Part shown: positions 47,313 through 63,219 of the stretch, one piece after another | Layout of the letters: each line of letters starts with the position of its first letter | How positions within the stretch are numbered: position 1 is the first letter of the stretch | Position numbers and translations under genes: made by a program | NCBI RefSeq assembly: GCF_000007005.1 | Contig: NC_002754.1 | Length of the DNA stretch: 64,000 nt | Strand: one strand, 5' to 3' | From: Saccharolobus solfataricus P2 | Lineage (GTDB): Archaea; Thermoproteota; Thermoprotei_A; Sulfolobales; Sulfolobaceae | Notes under the pieces: generated by a model | Told to the model about the DNA's origin: nothing | Seen by the model: only the letters and a program-made list of their open reading frames with translations | Database searches by the model: none

Positions 47313-48251
47313 TTAAGGTTGATATAAAGCATAAGTCTTTACTTCGATTGCGTTCCCATTCACGTCTACTAACAAAGTTATAATGTATGTGGAGCCTTTT
47401 ACAAGATTGGAAACGTTATCGAACTGTATATTAATTTGATTATTTCCAGGCTGTAACGTTGCGGGGTTTACCTTGAAAGTGAATATATTCATTCCCTCAA
47501 TTTTAACTGATAATATTGAACCACTTACAGATGAGTAGATTAATATTTGTGCACTACCATCTCCCTTTATCACTCCTCCACCTATCGAATATATTTGTAC
47601 TTCTCTTGCTCTTTCTGTTATTGGCTTAACATTTCTCAACCCAATATAAGATAGAATACTCCCAATAAACGCTGGTATGACTATGGCTATTAATATCCCA
47701 CCTACTTTGACTATATTAGTGCTATATTCTCTGCCAACTCTATATATTCCAACTCCCACAAGTATTGAGCCTACAATCAATAGAATAATGGCTATAAATA
47801 ACGCCGGTAAACTTGCAAGAATTTCTACAAAATTAACTGATAGAAAGCCGAAGAGGTTAAGTAGTAAGCCAATGACAATGAGAGGGTAACTCACAATGTA
47901 TACTATAATACCAATATTCCCTATACCGATTTCGTTTGACACCGTTTTACTTAGAATATTGAAACCGCTTCTCAATATAATTAATCCTATTATGTTTATC
48001 ACTCCCACTATTGACGTTAATATTATACTCTCCTCAAAATATCCAATCTCCATTGAGGCTATTTGCGTAAATACTTGCTGTATATTCGTGTTGTTTAGGT
48101 TATTAGCAGTTATATTTGAGGGTATTGAAGGAGCGGGAGTTATAAATCTGGGAATTGTAACTGCTAGGTTCAATATGCCAGCTACCATTAATATCATTAA
48201 TCCTAACCTTAATTTTCTAATGCCTTGAAGTTCGTTGTTCGTATTCGACAT
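47313..48251 (-). CDS. Multi-pass membrane protein (DUF973-like)
   Basis: Several hydrophobic helices plus a C-terminal beta-rich soluble domain typical of this Sulfolobales family. Confidence 0.7.
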   Translation of the reverse strand: MSNTNNELQGIRKLRLGLMILMVAGILNLAVTIPRFITPAPSIPSNITANNLNNTNIQQVFTQIASMEIGYFEESIILTSIVGVINIIGLIILRSGFNILSKTVSNEIGIGNIGIIVYIVSYPLIVIGLLLNLFGFLSVNFVEILASLPALFIAIILLIVGSILVGVGIYRVGREYSTNIVKVGGILIAIVIPAFIGSILSYIGLRNVKPITERAREVQIYSIGGGVIKGDGSAQILIYSSVSGSILSVKIEGMNIFTFKVNPATLQPGNNQINIQFDNVSNLVKGSTYIITLLVDVNGNAIEVKTYALYQP

Positions 48252-48364
48252 TGTAATTAACTATTCTAATTACTGATTTTTATCTTTTACTCATGAAAAA
48301 CATATATGATTAAGAACAATATTCTTCGGCCAGTGGAGGAATACGACATAACTTCATGTAGCTT

Positions 48365-49639
48365 GGGAGATTCAGTTATCCATTGCGAATTCACTTTATT
48401 TTAAAGATTGCTACGAAATTAACTAAATGAAGATCGCGGGAGTGTTCTCATGCAGTCATCTTATTCGACAATTGTTAGTAAAATTATATCAAGTTTTCTA
48501 TAATATACCGTACTCCCTTCAAGTAAGCCTCATTTAAGTTATCTCCTTTGAAAATACGTGAGGATACATTACATTTAACAAGGCCAAACTGTACTCCACC
48601 ATCCTCCCACTCCTAGTAACAGCTTTAGTATCCCTAGCCAGCCTCGCCAAATGAGACCTACACCAAGAATTATGACTCTCCACAAGATAAGTATACTTCT
48701 TACTCGCTACACGATTATCGAGAACTTGATAAACACAGTAGTAGTCAGTATAGTTTACCTCACTCCTAGGTAACCAACCCAAGAGATAACGAAAAGTCCC
48801 ATAACTCCTATCCCCAAACTCATAGAAAGGCACACCATCAGCAAGAGCAGTCCAAATCCACAAATCCTCCCTCATCACCCCATGCCTAACACGGAAATAA
48901 GTCCAGAACTCGTCAAACACCGTAGACTTAGCTGTGAAATTCTTGAGCTCACCCTTCAAGATCGTTAGATACGTGAAGGCCCTTATCCCAATCCTCCTCA
49001 CTAGGCTGTAAACAGTAGTCAATGGTTTACCTTCAACTCTTGATATTGCCCTCATGCTCATCCTGTTCAAGTACTCCTTTAAGATTCTCTCCCTCTGTTC
49101 CCTATCCATTCTGTGCTTTAACGCGTCGTAAAACGTCCTTCCACACGCTTTACACTTGTATTTTGCTCTCCCTCTAGATGAACCGTTCTTCACTACTCTG
49201 TTAGAGTTACATGATGGGCATGTTGGTCTGCTTTCTCCTCTCCTCCTTATCCCTACTTTCCTCAAGTAGTAGTATAGGGTTGATGGTGGGATTCCCGTTT
49301 TCGTGATTTGAACTCCCAAGGAGTAGGCTGCTAATGCTAATGCAATATCCTTTAGCTCGTACTTTCTCGGCTTAAGATTTAAATTTCTTAGAATCATAAG
49401 TATTAATTGTGCGAGGGTTACAAGATCCATATTGGTAACCCTCACAAAAAATCTCGTAACCCTCGCACATAAGCTTTTTCAGAGGCTGTTTTCATGTTCT
49501 AATTCATTGGCTGCATCTCGATCGAAACGACTAATTGTGGAAATTTCTAGCCTGATTTAATTTTACTATATGATATCGAATAAGATGACTGCATGAGAAC
49601 ACTCCCCATTACAGTTTACAAAGGAGGCTTGAGTCGCCC
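48365..49639 (-). mobile_element. 163-bp-family MITE split by an IS1-family insertion
   Basis: 48365-48437 and 49607-49639 match the two ends of 34997-35159 in reverse orientation. Confidence 0.65.
48438..49606 (-). mobile_element. IS1-family element (ISC1173-like) with transposase at 48534-49445
   Basis: 29-bp perfect TIR GGGAGTGTTCTCATGCAGTCATCTTATTC; CPSC...CKAC zinc ribbon, DEFWTY, YTD and VESHN motifs; no TSD seen. Confidence 0.85.
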
Positions 49640-49655
49640 TATAAACGGAAACCCA

Positions 49656-50518
49656 TTAGTGATTTTCTTCTCTCTTTATGAACTCTAACTTAATCTCTCC
49701 AAATCCAATACCTCTACTCCTACCAATACCCAGATAAGATGACGCTAACAAATACCTCAAGGCTCTCCTCTTTAACTTTTCATCTGGAATATCGAACTCA
49801 ATCCAACCCATAACACCCCTAGCTTTCCTCAAATTTCCCTTACTATCCTCACCAATGACAATGGTAACTGGATGTAGATCATATCCTATAATCCTGGATA
49901 AGGCATTTGAAATAACGCCAAATTTAAACGCTCTGACCTCAACTTCCTTCTTCCCAATCAAATTACAATATACATTATAGGCGTAAGCCACAATTAATCC
50001 GACAGAAGGCAAAGTTGAATAACCTGCGTTAACTCTCTTATACCTTTCAGAAAGGGAGGGAGGAAGTAAAACCTTAGACGAAAGTAATGTAGGGGAAATA
50101 AACCTCACTCTTATATTATCGTTCATGTGTTTCTCAACCTCTTCCTTTAACTTCTCAACTTCCACTATTTCCACACTCTCGATCGTTATGTGAAATTTAC
50201 CGTAAATAGTTTCGAAGACACCCTCATCTAATTCTGGTAAAACGTTAACTTGTGTAGAAAAGGCTATTGTTGAGGAAAGCTTGCTTCCCCTGCTTATTGT
50301 CTTCAAGTTTCCGTTAGTCTGGAAAATTCTCCTCTGGTTTAGACCGAGATGGGATATGAAAATTGGCTTGTATTTATCCCTTGATGTAATTAAGTTATTT
50401 AACGAAGGGAGTAGTTTTCCGCTTTGTATTAAATATTTGAGCACCTTGGATGATGGAGTAGGCAAAATGACGTCTTGTAGAGGGATAACGTTATACCCTA
50501 TTTTAAAAATTAATGGCA

Positions 50519-50519
<1 letters not shown>
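49656..50519 (-). CDS. cas6: Cas6
   Basis: GIGRSRGIGFG glycine loop; Sso1437-type sequence. Confidence 0.93.
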
Positions 50520-52309
<1,790 letters not shown>

Positions 52310-52313
<4 letters not shown>

Positions 52314-53815
52314 TACACACCACCTATTTCACTATTATAATCTTGAATCCTAACCCCTAAAATATCATTCTTTATCATTTCCAGCTGAAGGCATTTCCCA
52401 GCATATAGTTTAATATTACTATTGCCCACAAACGCAGAACTTCCCTTGCTCTTTATTATTTTTATCGCCTCCTCCTCAGTTAAGGGTATGGCATCATCAA
52501 CGTTATCACTGTTTGGCGGAAATCCCAATATAATACTTGTCTCCCTAGTTATAGAACAAATATTCTCATACAGCGACTTCACCTTTTTATAGTCCACGAA
52601 CACAGAGTTGTCTATTACAGATAGATCCCTAGCTAATATTGAGTCAATTTCCTTAGTGTAATCCCTTTCAATAAGCAAACTCTCATCAATAGTCTTCAAT
52701 TTCCTTACCCTTTTCATGGTCTCCTTAACCTCACCCTCATTATAAACCTTTCCACTAAATGGGAAAATGTAAACCTCACCCTCCAACTTCCCTTTTCCTC
52801 CCTTACCATATCTCGCAACCCTACCAGCCCTTTGAATCAGATTATGAGATGGACAAGCTTCAGTTATTAAAACGTCAAAAGAAGTATCAATACCAGCCTC
52901 TATGACTTGAGTTGAAACTACCAACTTTGCATCATTTATCTTATTCACCTTATCTATCCTATCCTTTTTACTGAACTTACTGTGAATCAGAATAGGAGAT
53001 AATCCCCTTTCCTTTAACTTCCAGTAAGCTTCAATTGCCCCCATTCTCGTATTGTAAACTAGGAGAACCCTTTTACCCTCTTTTACCTTTTCATCAGCAA
53101 TGGAAATCTCATCCTTTTCCAATTCATTAACGTATATCTTTCTGTCGATTTTAAAATCACTCGCGTAAACGACCTTTCCGCTCTTACCTAATTTATCCAT
53201 TAAAACCCTCTCCAACCCCTTATCTATGGTCGCTGAAGTAACTACTATTGGAACACCCGCATCACTTAAAACCTCTATGGCACTAAGACCAGCTCCTAAA
53301 CTCTTACCGTCCTCACCTAATAAGTGAAATTCATCAAATATTACAATACTACTATATATCAACGCCCTAGGGAACTCATAATGAGAACCGTAATTTTTAA
53401 AAATTAACTTAAAATCAATAGTAGGTAATTTAAATAAATTGAGAATAAAAGTATCTAGAGTCGTAACGTTAACTTTCTTCATGAAAAAAGGCGAATCATG
53501 ATAATCCATATCTTGAGCTCCTATGCTCTTAGTGTAAATTATCCCTTTATCAGCGTATTTTTTCAGCTTTAAATATAAATCCTGCACAATAGCCCTATAC
53601 GGCAATACGTGTATAACTCTACTCCCTATGTCAATATTACTACTAACGGCATTAGCTAAGATCATTGTTAACGTTGTTTTACCGTAACCAGTTGGAGCCT
53701 TAAGTATAACATTATGTCCGTTCTCCAAATATCGTAAAGTCTCCTCAATACCCTTCCTTTCCTCAAAGCCATGACGAGTTATGAAATCGTTATAGAAGTC
53801 AACTAAAGACGACAT
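52310..53815 (-). CDS. cas3: Cas3' SF2 helicase
   Basis: APTGYGKT, DEFH, TSAT and QRAGR motifs; start placed at MSSLVDF. Confidence 0.95.
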
Positions 53816-54521
53816 ATTCCCCGCCGACCTCATAGGCTTCCTTAGCCTCAACTTCAACCTCCTTACTAGCTAAGGGATAAGTAGTTATCGGTAAAATGTA
53901 CCTTACCGGTGACCCTTCCTTCCCCCATATATACCCATTCTCTTCCCAGAAAGTAACGTATTCCAAAAACTCCTTCCTACCTACTACCTTCACTGTATCT
54001 CTGAAATAGTATCTAGTTTTTACCCTACCCGAAACCTTTTTAGCCTCACCGACTTCAACGTTCTCCACACTTGCTAAACACTCCTTACATCCTATCCTAG
54101 TTATACTCCAGCAGAGTTTCTCCAACTCCTCCTTACTGATGGAATCAGTTACGTAAACCACAACTAACCGACCGTTGGGTATATATACTTTACCAGTGGG
54201 GATCACCCCGTAAATATATCTCGGATTCTCCCTCCTCTCTTTACGTTGAAAATATGATATAACGTTCCTAATAATGTCCTCAGTGTAAACTCCCTCAGAC
54301 TCCAATCTAGCAGTAGCCATAATATTCCTAAAATTATATGCAGGACTACCGTAAACATTACCTAAATTAATATTATCCACTCCCCTAAATTTACCGTAAG
54401 ATAAGGCTCCAATCAGCGTAGTAGGAGGCGGTAAATAGAAACCTGGCTTCGCCTTAGCAGCTAAAGGCTTAACTACGGAAAACCCCCAATGAAGTTTTAA
54501 AAAAACCTTAGAGTAGATCAA
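53799..54521 (-). CDS. cas5: Type I-A Cas5
   Basis: HWGFSV, PPPTTLIGAL and IGCKE motifs. Confidence 0.92.
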   Translation of the reverse strand: MIYSKVFLKLHWGFSVVKPLAAKAKPGFYLPPPTTLIGALSYGKFRGVDNINLGNVYGSPAYNFRNIMATARLESEGVYTEDIIRNVISYFQRKERRENPRYIYGVIPTGKVYIPNGRLVVVYVTDSISKEELEKLCWSITRIGCKECLASVENVEVGEAKKVSGRVKTRYYFRDTVKVVGRKEFLEYVTFWEENGYIWGKEGSPVRYILPITTYPLASKEVEVEAKEAYEVGGEYVVFS

Positions 54522-54536
54522 AACTACCTTACCTCT

Positions 54537-55502
54537 CTACTCTTCCTCTAATTTAACTACTAAGTCCTCAACAGTTGACAGTACTGTAACCCCTTCACCC
54601 ACTTCTATCCCCTCGTTGTTAATCACATACGCCTTAGCCAAATTTCCGTTCAGCACACCTTTAGCCTTCCCTAACCTCATAATAGTGGTCTTAATGTAAT
54701 CATCATCGTGTGCCGGTTCTGGCATGAATGGGAAATCGGTCTTTGTCACCACTAAAGACATCAACTTCATGGATGGTAAAAACCTAGACCTCTTCCCTCC
54801 GAAATTACCTGATAGCAAAGAGTAAAGGGCTTTAATTGCAGACTTCACCCTTTTAGCCTTTTGCCTCTCTAACTCCTCTTCACCTTTAACCTTTTCCCCA
54901 AAAGTTGATGGAACTGCTATCAAATCTTCGTCAAGTTCAAACGAAAACGTGTAGAGAGCAGAGGATACTTCCACGTTGAAGATAGCTTGAGAACCGCTAA
55001 CTGGCTTATTTGAAAACCTCACATGAAATTGCGCTTCCAGTTGTGCAGGTATTTCATCTCCCCTTAAAGCCGGTATCATATAACCTAACTTTATCCTCGA
55101 CGTCCTTCTTACCGGAGCACCTCCGGCGTACATGAAACCTCCAACATCAGCGATAACGTCCTTAAGCATAACCTCTACCTCGAACCTCCTCGCATCGTTG
55201 TAATCCTTAGGCTCCTTTATCCCTTCAATCTTTAACGCCTCATCAGTTGAGAACTTTATGAACTCGTATTGAGAAGATAAACTACCTACTGGTAACCCCT
55301 CCTTTTTAGCAATGTCCACTAGACTCGCTTGATAGGCATGGGCTAAGGCTTCCCCAGAAATCACTGGGACATATCTCACTAGATAACCAGTTGAAGTCTT
55401 TAACACAACCGGAGCAGTTCTGTGCTTGGTTAAATTTCCTATACTCTCAACACCGTTCAGTGACTCTAGATTTACCAAAAACCTAACTGAACCGCTTATC
55501 AT
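54537..55502 (-). CDS. cas7: Type I-A Cas7 (Csa2)
   Basis: [22 protein letters not shown] and QFHVRF motifs. Confidence 0.95.
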
Positions 55503-55951
55503 TTCTTCTCACCACCTTGCTCACTCTTACTCTGTTTACTACCTAACTTAATTCTATTTGCTATACTCATGGCTAGTGCACCAGCCTTCCTAGCGTAGTA
55601 CACGTCTTCCTCAATCATTCTAAGAAAGTCTTCTATATCTTGACTAGTTGGTAGATAGCCAACTACAGTATACTTAGCCCCACTTGAATTCACGTTAACT
55701 GCAGGATAGTCCTTTCCTTGAGCAGGATAATCCTTTCCTTGAATCGTAATTGTAGTAGTCGCTATCTCACTCCTATCAATGCCCATTTGCACAATCCTTT
55801 GAACGTCATATAGAACTTTAGTTACAGCCTCTTTAGACAATGCGTTAGCAAATCTATCCACTAACGTTGGAGACTCACTATATAGGAAGCCCACAGCCAG
55901 TAAGTTCGCTATCCTTCCTATGATGTTTTCCTTCTCCGATTTCTGAGCCAT
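55499..55951 (-). CDS. csa5: Type I-A small subunit Csa5
   Basis: Recognised Csa5 sequence ([10 protein letters not shown]); internal QGKDYPA duplication. Confidence 0.88.
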
Positions 55952-55973
55952 GTTATTCTCTATTATTATTCCA

Positions 55974-56028
55974 CTATATAAACATTTCTATTTCTAGTGT
56001 ACGAAAACTCTTTTCATAAATATGAAAA
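55974..56028 (-). promoter_or_regulatory. Promoter and palindrome upstream of the second type I-A operon
   Basis: Minus-strand TTTATATA box at 55974-55981; perfect 8-2-8 palindrome TTTTCATA-AA-TATGAAAA at 56011-56028. Confidence 0.5.
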
Positions 56029-56029
56029 A

Positions 56030-56641
56030 TTAGAACCCATAGATTTTCAATAAAATCTCACCCTTTATGGTTAATTTATTGAACTCATCAATAAATTTTT
56101 CTTTCCTCAACTCATTCAACCTCCTCCAAGTAGTAGTTAGGGGAATTCCCGTGGTCTTACTTATCATATTAGCGGAAGAATATCCATCCTTAATAGCCTT
56201 TAATATTGTCAAGTGAGCCTTAGTTAAGAATAGTGAAGGTGAAGTGACATCGCTTACCCTAAAATAATAAACCTTAGTTAAGTCCTCAGTCTCTATCTCT
56301 ATAGTAGCGTCTATTCCAGTCAATAAAAAGGCGGAAAAAACAGCTAATATCATTAGTCTCATCCCTCCGCTCAAGTTAACCATGAAGTCCTTCCCTGCAT
56401 TATTTACAATAACTTTGCCAACATTCTCAATAACGTTTTCAAAGTCCCTAGGATCAACTTCAACAATCTCAAAAGGAACGTTAACAGTTCTCAGAAAATT
56501 AACGAGAGACTCTAATGCCTTCTTAGCCTTCTCTTCCTCAAAACCCCCAATAATAATAACTTTATCAACATTCTTACCTTGCCTCATCAATGCACGATAC
56601 TGAAACTTTTCATCGAATCCAAGTGTCAAAATCAATATCAT
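56030..56641 (-). CDS. csa3: CARF-wHTH transcriptional regulator Csa3b
   Basis: LTLGFDE and NLSGGMR CARF motifs, C-terminal wHTH; directly upstream of csa5. Confidence 0.88.
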   Translation of the reverse strand: MILILTLGFDEKFQYRALMRQGKNVDKVIIIGGFEEEKAKKALESLVNFLRTVNVPFEIVEVDPRDFENVIENVGKVIVNNAGKDFMVNLSGGMRLMILAVFSAFLLTGIDATIEIETEDLTKVYYFRVSDVTSPSLFLTKAHLTILKAIKDGYSSANMISKTTGIPLTTTWRRLNELRKEKFIDEFNKLTIKGEILLKIYGF

Positions 56642-56839
56642 ACCCTAAAAACGGAAAAAGAGATATTAAATTTTTCTTGAAAAGGGAAAAGAAATATCTT
56701 GTATTACGTCAACCTAATTCACCAAAGATTTTTTCAAGTTTACTGGTTTTATGTAGAGACTGATGAAAAGAAAAGTTAGAAAAAGGAGTTACAAAAACTA
56801 TGGTCATAATAAGGGCCCTAGATGGTTTGTTGATCTGGG

Positions 56840-57068
56840 GAGTCATAATTCTTGGTAGGTTAGCGAGGCTGACTAGGGACACTAAAGCTGTTAATAGGAA
56901 GTGGGATGGTGGAGTTTGGCCTTGTTGAATGTAATGTATCTTCACGTATTTTCAAGGGAGAAAAGTTATTGAACGAGACTTACCTGAAGGGAGTATAGTA
57001 TATTAGAGTAAATTTGATATAATTTTACTACTAATTGTGGAATAAGATGACTGCATGAGAACACTCCC
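56840..57068 (+). mobile_element. 3' remnant of an IS1-family (ISC1173-like) element
   Basis: Reverse-complement similarity to 48438-48680, including the TIR GAATAAGATGACTGCATGAGAACACTCCC. Confidence 0.75.
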
Positions 57069-57152
57069 GTACCAATTTCTTATTAATATTAGTTAGGAAT
57101 TGCCATTTTAAACAACTTGGATCACGTCTCAGTGTGTGTTGTTAATCCTACC

Positions 57153-59148
57153 CTTTCAATTCTATAAGAGATTATCTGAGGATATACTTTAATCGGATTG
57201 TGTTAGGTGGAGAGATGTTCTTTCAATTCTATAAGAGATTATCCCATCTACCACACCGCGGACACTGGTATAAACATGCACCGGCTTTCAATTCTATAAG
57301 AGATTATCTCAGTCTTATTGTCGAGGAGTAGTGGTAGGAGTGATACCTTTCAATTCTATAAGAGATTATCGGAAGAGACAAGACTCTACAGTACAATATG
57401 CCCCAGATGCTTTCAATTCTATAAGAGATTATCAACCGGAAGTACGAACTATGTTGCTGAGATTGTGGTCTATGTCTTTCAATTCTATAAGAGATTATCT
57501 TTGTGGTACTTGTAGTTGTGATGCTGACGTTCCACTACTCTTTCAATTCTATAAGAGATTATCTCAAATCAACAAGTTACAGTAACCAACGGTACTTCAA
57601 ACCCCTTTCAATTCTATAAGAGATTATCTATGTTGTTGTTTGTTGAGTTGTGGTCTGCTGTGTAGTTGCTTTCAATTCTATAAGAGATTATCATCCAGAC
57701 GAAGTGGGGGCAATCATGCAGCCCCCCTCACTTTCAATTCTATAAGAGATTATCAAAGATAATGGATAATAACTTAACATTACAGAATTTAATGCTTTCA
57801 ATTCTATAAGAGATTATCTAAACTCATGTAGCGTTAGTTGGAGCGGATCTGCACAAGTACTTTCAATTCTATAAGAGATTATCCCAGTGTTTTACTTAAC
57901 ATCAGTACAAGGATCAAAACCCTTTCAATTCTATAAGAGATTATCAAGAGTTCGATCGGATTAAAGAGGAGATTGAGCAAAACTTTCAATTCTATAAGAG
58001 ATTATCAGTGACTCAATACCGGTCACAATATCTTCAGGTGCTCCCATTCTTTCAATTCTATAAGAGATTATCCGTCCCCATCGAATACGTAAGAGTCTGG
58101 AGGGGAATTTACTTTCAATTCTATAAGAGATTATCTAAAGGTTACGTTAGAACTAGAAAAGAATGGAAATCTGAACTTTCAATTCTATAAGAGATTATCT
58201 GGAGTTTTCAGATATTTTGTAAAGTACGTTCAGTTTCTTTCAATTCTATAAGAGATTATCAATAGGCTATGGTGTGTGGATGGACCTGTATCGTAAATAC
58301 TTTCAATTCTATAAGAGATTATCCACGCAAAAGGATAAACAATATGGTGCGATTCGAATGGACTTTCAATTCTATAAGAGATTATCACAAACAGTGTGTG
58401 TTACATTATCCTTCGATTACAACGAACTTTCAATTCTATAAGAGATTATCCTTCTGTTCTGAAATTATAAAGGACATGCTGATAAAATTTCTTTCAATTC
58501 TATAAGAGATTATCCTAACTGAAGAAGACCCAATTTATATTGCAGGATTTGTCTTTCAATTCTATAAGAGATTATCTGCAGAACCATTAGCTGGTACAGT
58601 AACTGTTTGCCAACTTTCAATTCTATAAGAGATTATCACCATAGTCCCTGATTTCGGTATTCTTTACCCTGTAACCCCTCTTTCAATTCTATAAGAGATT
58701 ATCGCTTATCTCTCTCATGCGCCATTTCTTCTTTCCTTCTTTCCTTTCAATTCTATAAGAGATTATCTATATCCCAAAAAATCTCAGACATTAGAGAGCA
58801 TTTTTGTCTTTCAATTCTATAAGAGATTATCAATAGATCCAGAAAATGAATATGTCAAATTAGCTGACATTTCTTTCAATTCTATAAGAGATTATCTTTA
58901 TTTTCTTGCGATATTTCATTACCGAGACTTTTGCCTCTTTCAATTCTATAAGAGATTATCCAACCACAAGAAGAAACCACTACCCAAGAAATGCAGGGAC
59001 TTTCAATTCTATAAGAGATTATCTTTGACTCCTGGGCTTAACGCACCTTCTCTGGCCTCGACTTTCAATTCTATAAGAGATTATCTTAGCCCAGATGAAG
59101 CAACACAAGAGGCTAGTAAGGTTGCTTTCAATTCTATAAGAGATTATC
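57153..59148 (-). CRISPR. CRISPR array, 32 repeats / 31 spacers (hand count); transcribed repeat GATAATCTCTTATAGAATTGAAAG
   Basis: 24-bp invariant repeat CTTTCAATTCTATAAGAGATTATC; leader at the right. Confidence 0.99.
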
Positions 59149-59400
<252 letters not shown>

Positions 59401-59448
59401 TTATAAGTTATAGAAAAGTTTATGAATCGGTAATACTAATTTTATGGT

Positions 59449-60162
<714 letters not shown>

Positions 60163-60497
60163 ATTTGTACATTGACGTTATGAGAGTGTGTATAGACATT
60201 ACAATAGTGTTAAATAACATTTTAACTATTATTATTTACAATAATGTGGTTTTGTAGTATACAAATTCAACTTAAGCCTATATTAGATTTACCTTACACC
60301 TTACATATTTGCGTAAATTCTTAATAAGAAGATTTTAATAGCTATGAATATATAAGACGTGTAATCTAAAAATTACATAACTCATAAACGGAGTATGCTG
60401 AATATCTTATATTACACGCCACTTCCAGTAAACTTCCAAACATATAATAAATAATGTTATTCGACAGTATGAGAACAGAATCATCTCAGCGGTAGAA

Positions 60498-62076
60498 TAT
60501 ATAGTCTTTTTCTTAATAGGCACTACATCAGTATGGGAATCTCATTTTTCTGATATAAATGATAATATATGTAAGATTGAACCACACCAGTTTTATTCAA
60601 ATATAACTGCATATATTTTATGAAAATGACAGTTAATAAGTCAGTTTTGAACAGAAGAATATAAATATATAGAATTAATTTCACGTAGCTGGAAGGAGGT
60701 GCATAGGGTTAGCTGGAGTCTGGGGGAATGACGTCTTCACTTCACGGAACGCGCGTTCTTGTTCCACTCTTACCTCCCGATCGAGGAGATTCGAGAGGGA
60801 GACCGAGAACTCCCACAACTTTACCTTCCTCCAAGAACGGATCAAGAACCAGACATTCAAGAGAAGATAGGAAAGCAGAACGAGAACCAATTCCTTCCTC
60901 ACGTCACAAGTCCTAGTCTTGATTCTGAACTCCTCAAGGGAGCGGAAGGCGTTCTCTATCCCCCACCTCTCCCTGTACATCTCGGCAAGGACTATGGCAT
61001 CATAAAGATCCATCTCCCTCCTCACGAGGAAGGCAATAATCTTGCCGTCTTCCTTCCTCAGAATAATGAGATAAGCTCCACTCCCATGTCTCACGCAGAG
61101 AAATCCAGTATATCTAACTCCGCTAAAACTCACATCCACATCTTGCAACATCCCCTTGTACTTCTTGTACATCTGGGCCTTGGCAGATATGACGAAGTCC
61201 AAGCCCAACTCCAAGAGGAACCTAATCACTTCGTTCACCGCGAACTCCCTGTCCGCGAAGACCATGACGAGCCTCAGCTTGTCCTCCTCCAACTCCTTCA
61301 CGATTACCTCCATCACCGCCTTGAAACCTTCAGCTACGTTCTTCACGGTCACTGGGATCACGTCCAAGAAGCTCCTCGTCCTCCCCAGGAGGAAGATCGC
61401 AGCTTGAACCAGTCCCCACGACGTCCCCTTAGTTGGCTTTATCCTACTCAAGAAACTCTTGTCAGCGTGGTATTGAGGTATGGCATGGAAGTCCACTGCT
61501 ACCCTCCTGTCCCTGACTCCCCTTAACGTCATCCTCCCCATCTTCCTCAACGCATCCCTCACGTCCTCAACTTGAACCGCGTTCAACTTTCTCAACGCTC
61601 TTCTCCCATCTTTTCCCAACCTGCTCAAGTAGCTCCCACTCGCCTTAAGCAAGGCACTGAGGAGTTCCTCAGGGAAAAGTATTTTAGTGAGGACCGAGTA
61701 AATTATCTTGAGGGCGGACCTGGCGAAGTCCCGGTTGAACTTCGCCGGTTTAGTTGTATTCTCATGTTTCATATGTTCAAGTCCGCCCTCGTATATACAA
61801 ACTTTTCTACAGAAATTCTCATCCTCTCGATTTTGTCTGTATTTCATTCATCTCATTTTTTACGCAAAAAATGAGATTCCCATACTGACATGCTCCGCCT
61901 CTAACAAAGTGACCGTAGCAGATCGGGATTCTCTGCCACCGTAGGAGTTGTAAAGAAGTAAAAAGGACTATTAACTGAGGGAATGCTAGGAATTGCTGAG
62001 TTAAGGATTTAACTGGCTATATTTTGTATTGACAAAAGCTAATTCTCTTCGCATCTACTAAGAAAAAGACTATATA
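60498..62076 (+). mobile_element. ~216-bp MITE-like element (TATATAGTCTTTTTCTTA TIRs) split by ISC1359
   Basis: Inverted ends at 60498-60519 and 62055-62076; interior similar to 1-110. Confidence 0.55.
60529..61887 (-). mobile_element. ISC1359-type insertion sequence with transposase at 60681-61847
   Basis: Exactly 1359 bp, TIR CAGTATGGGAATCTCATTTTT, 4-bp TSD ACAT; AVDFH, FADREF and WGIENAFR motifs. Confidence 0.9.
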
Positions 62077-62107
62077 ATGAATCAATAATTATGAGGTCCC
62101 TTGAAAT

Positions 62108-62264
62108 GGATAACATTGGTCTCCTTTGTGAATTCTAAAATGCGGTGGTAAAGATGTTAACATTGGTAATAGCATATCTCTGCTATTCCGTAGTTTTCAT
62201 TGAGTTAAATTCGTAGCAATCTTTAATATAAAGTGAATTCACAATGGATAACCGTATGGCCCCC
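62108..62264 (+). mobile_element. Degenerate 163-bp-family MITE
   Basis: GGTCTCCTTTG near the left end and AATCTTTAATATAAAGTGAATTCACAATGGATAAC near the right end match 34997-35159. Confidence 0.5.
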
Positions 62265-62691
62265 AATATCACTTAAGCCGGATACTTTAATTATGTAAGA
62301 TTTTTTTGGAAAAAAATTAAGAATTATAGCCTCTCTCTTTGTCATCGGCTAAGTCCATATGTTAAGTCGGACCTGAGGTGGGGACAAAGTACATGTAGTA
62401 GTTTTAGGAAATTCCCTTATCATAAAAAGTCAAAATATTTATTCATGTATTTATAAATATCTTTCATTGTACTTCTTAATATTATAGCTTATCAATAAAC
62501 ATTTTTCATCTAACTAGGAAAGATTCATTATATATTTTTAACGTAACGTAAAAGTGTAACGATTTTCCTATAAATGCTATACATGAAAAGGCCAGATGAA
62601 GACGCTAAGTCTATATGTTAAGTAGGAAAAATATATAAATACGTTAAATAATTTATACTAAATTGGAACAGTCGTTGTTCACTCCCTTGAC

Positions 62692-63219
62692 TCATAGCAA
62701 AACACTAACTGAGCAAACCCTTCTGTACTGGCAAGCCTTACACAACAGAGGTGAGGGATTAACAACTGGAGGACTATCATCTTCTAAGCTCTCAACCAAC
62801 TCGTTAACTACCTTACCTATATACTCAACGTGTTCTTTCCTAACCTCGATGTTTATCTTCCTCTCCTTATTCATCAATAACACAGTGTTCCTAACCCTAA
62901 AACCGTTTCTCTCAGCTAAGTAAGCATAAGCTAACAACTGTATCCTGAAGTGATTGTAGAACCTTCTATAGAACGCCTTAATCTCTATTACGCTATCTTC
63001 AGTTAGAACGTCAACAATTCCATTCAATCCGCTATCCTTATCCCTCAAATGAACTTCGTAATATTTAGGTTCGGGAAAGTCCCTCACAATCTCCTTTAAA
63101 TTCACGTTCTTAGCTATCCTCTGACTATTCGTTATTGGCTCTTTCCATCCCATTTTCTTCCTTATCCAAGGTATGACCTTACATAAGGAATAGTCTTTTA
63201 AATCCGTTACACTAACCAT
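62692..63219 (-). CDS. cas4: Cas4
   Basis: LCKV N-terminal Cys, VD/EIK/QLLAY motifs, CKACQYRRVC tail. Confidence 0.92.
   Translation of the reverse strand: MVSVTDLKDYSLCKVIPWIRKKMGWKEPITNSQRIAKNVNLKEIVRDFPEPKYYEVHLRDKDSGLNGIVDVLTEDSVIEIKAFYRRFYNHFRIQLLAYAYLAERNGFRVRNTVLLMNKERKINIEVRKEHVEYIGKVVNELVESLEDDSPPVVNPSPLLCKACQYRRVCSVSVLL

Noticed and set aside
56709-56945. 78-aa minus-strand ORF
   Set aside because: Antisense to an IS1 remnant; no homologue recognised
60728-61944. Plus-strand ORFs inside ISC1359, and similar antisense ORFs across cas and IS genes
   Set aside because: Shadow ORFs opposite well-supported genes
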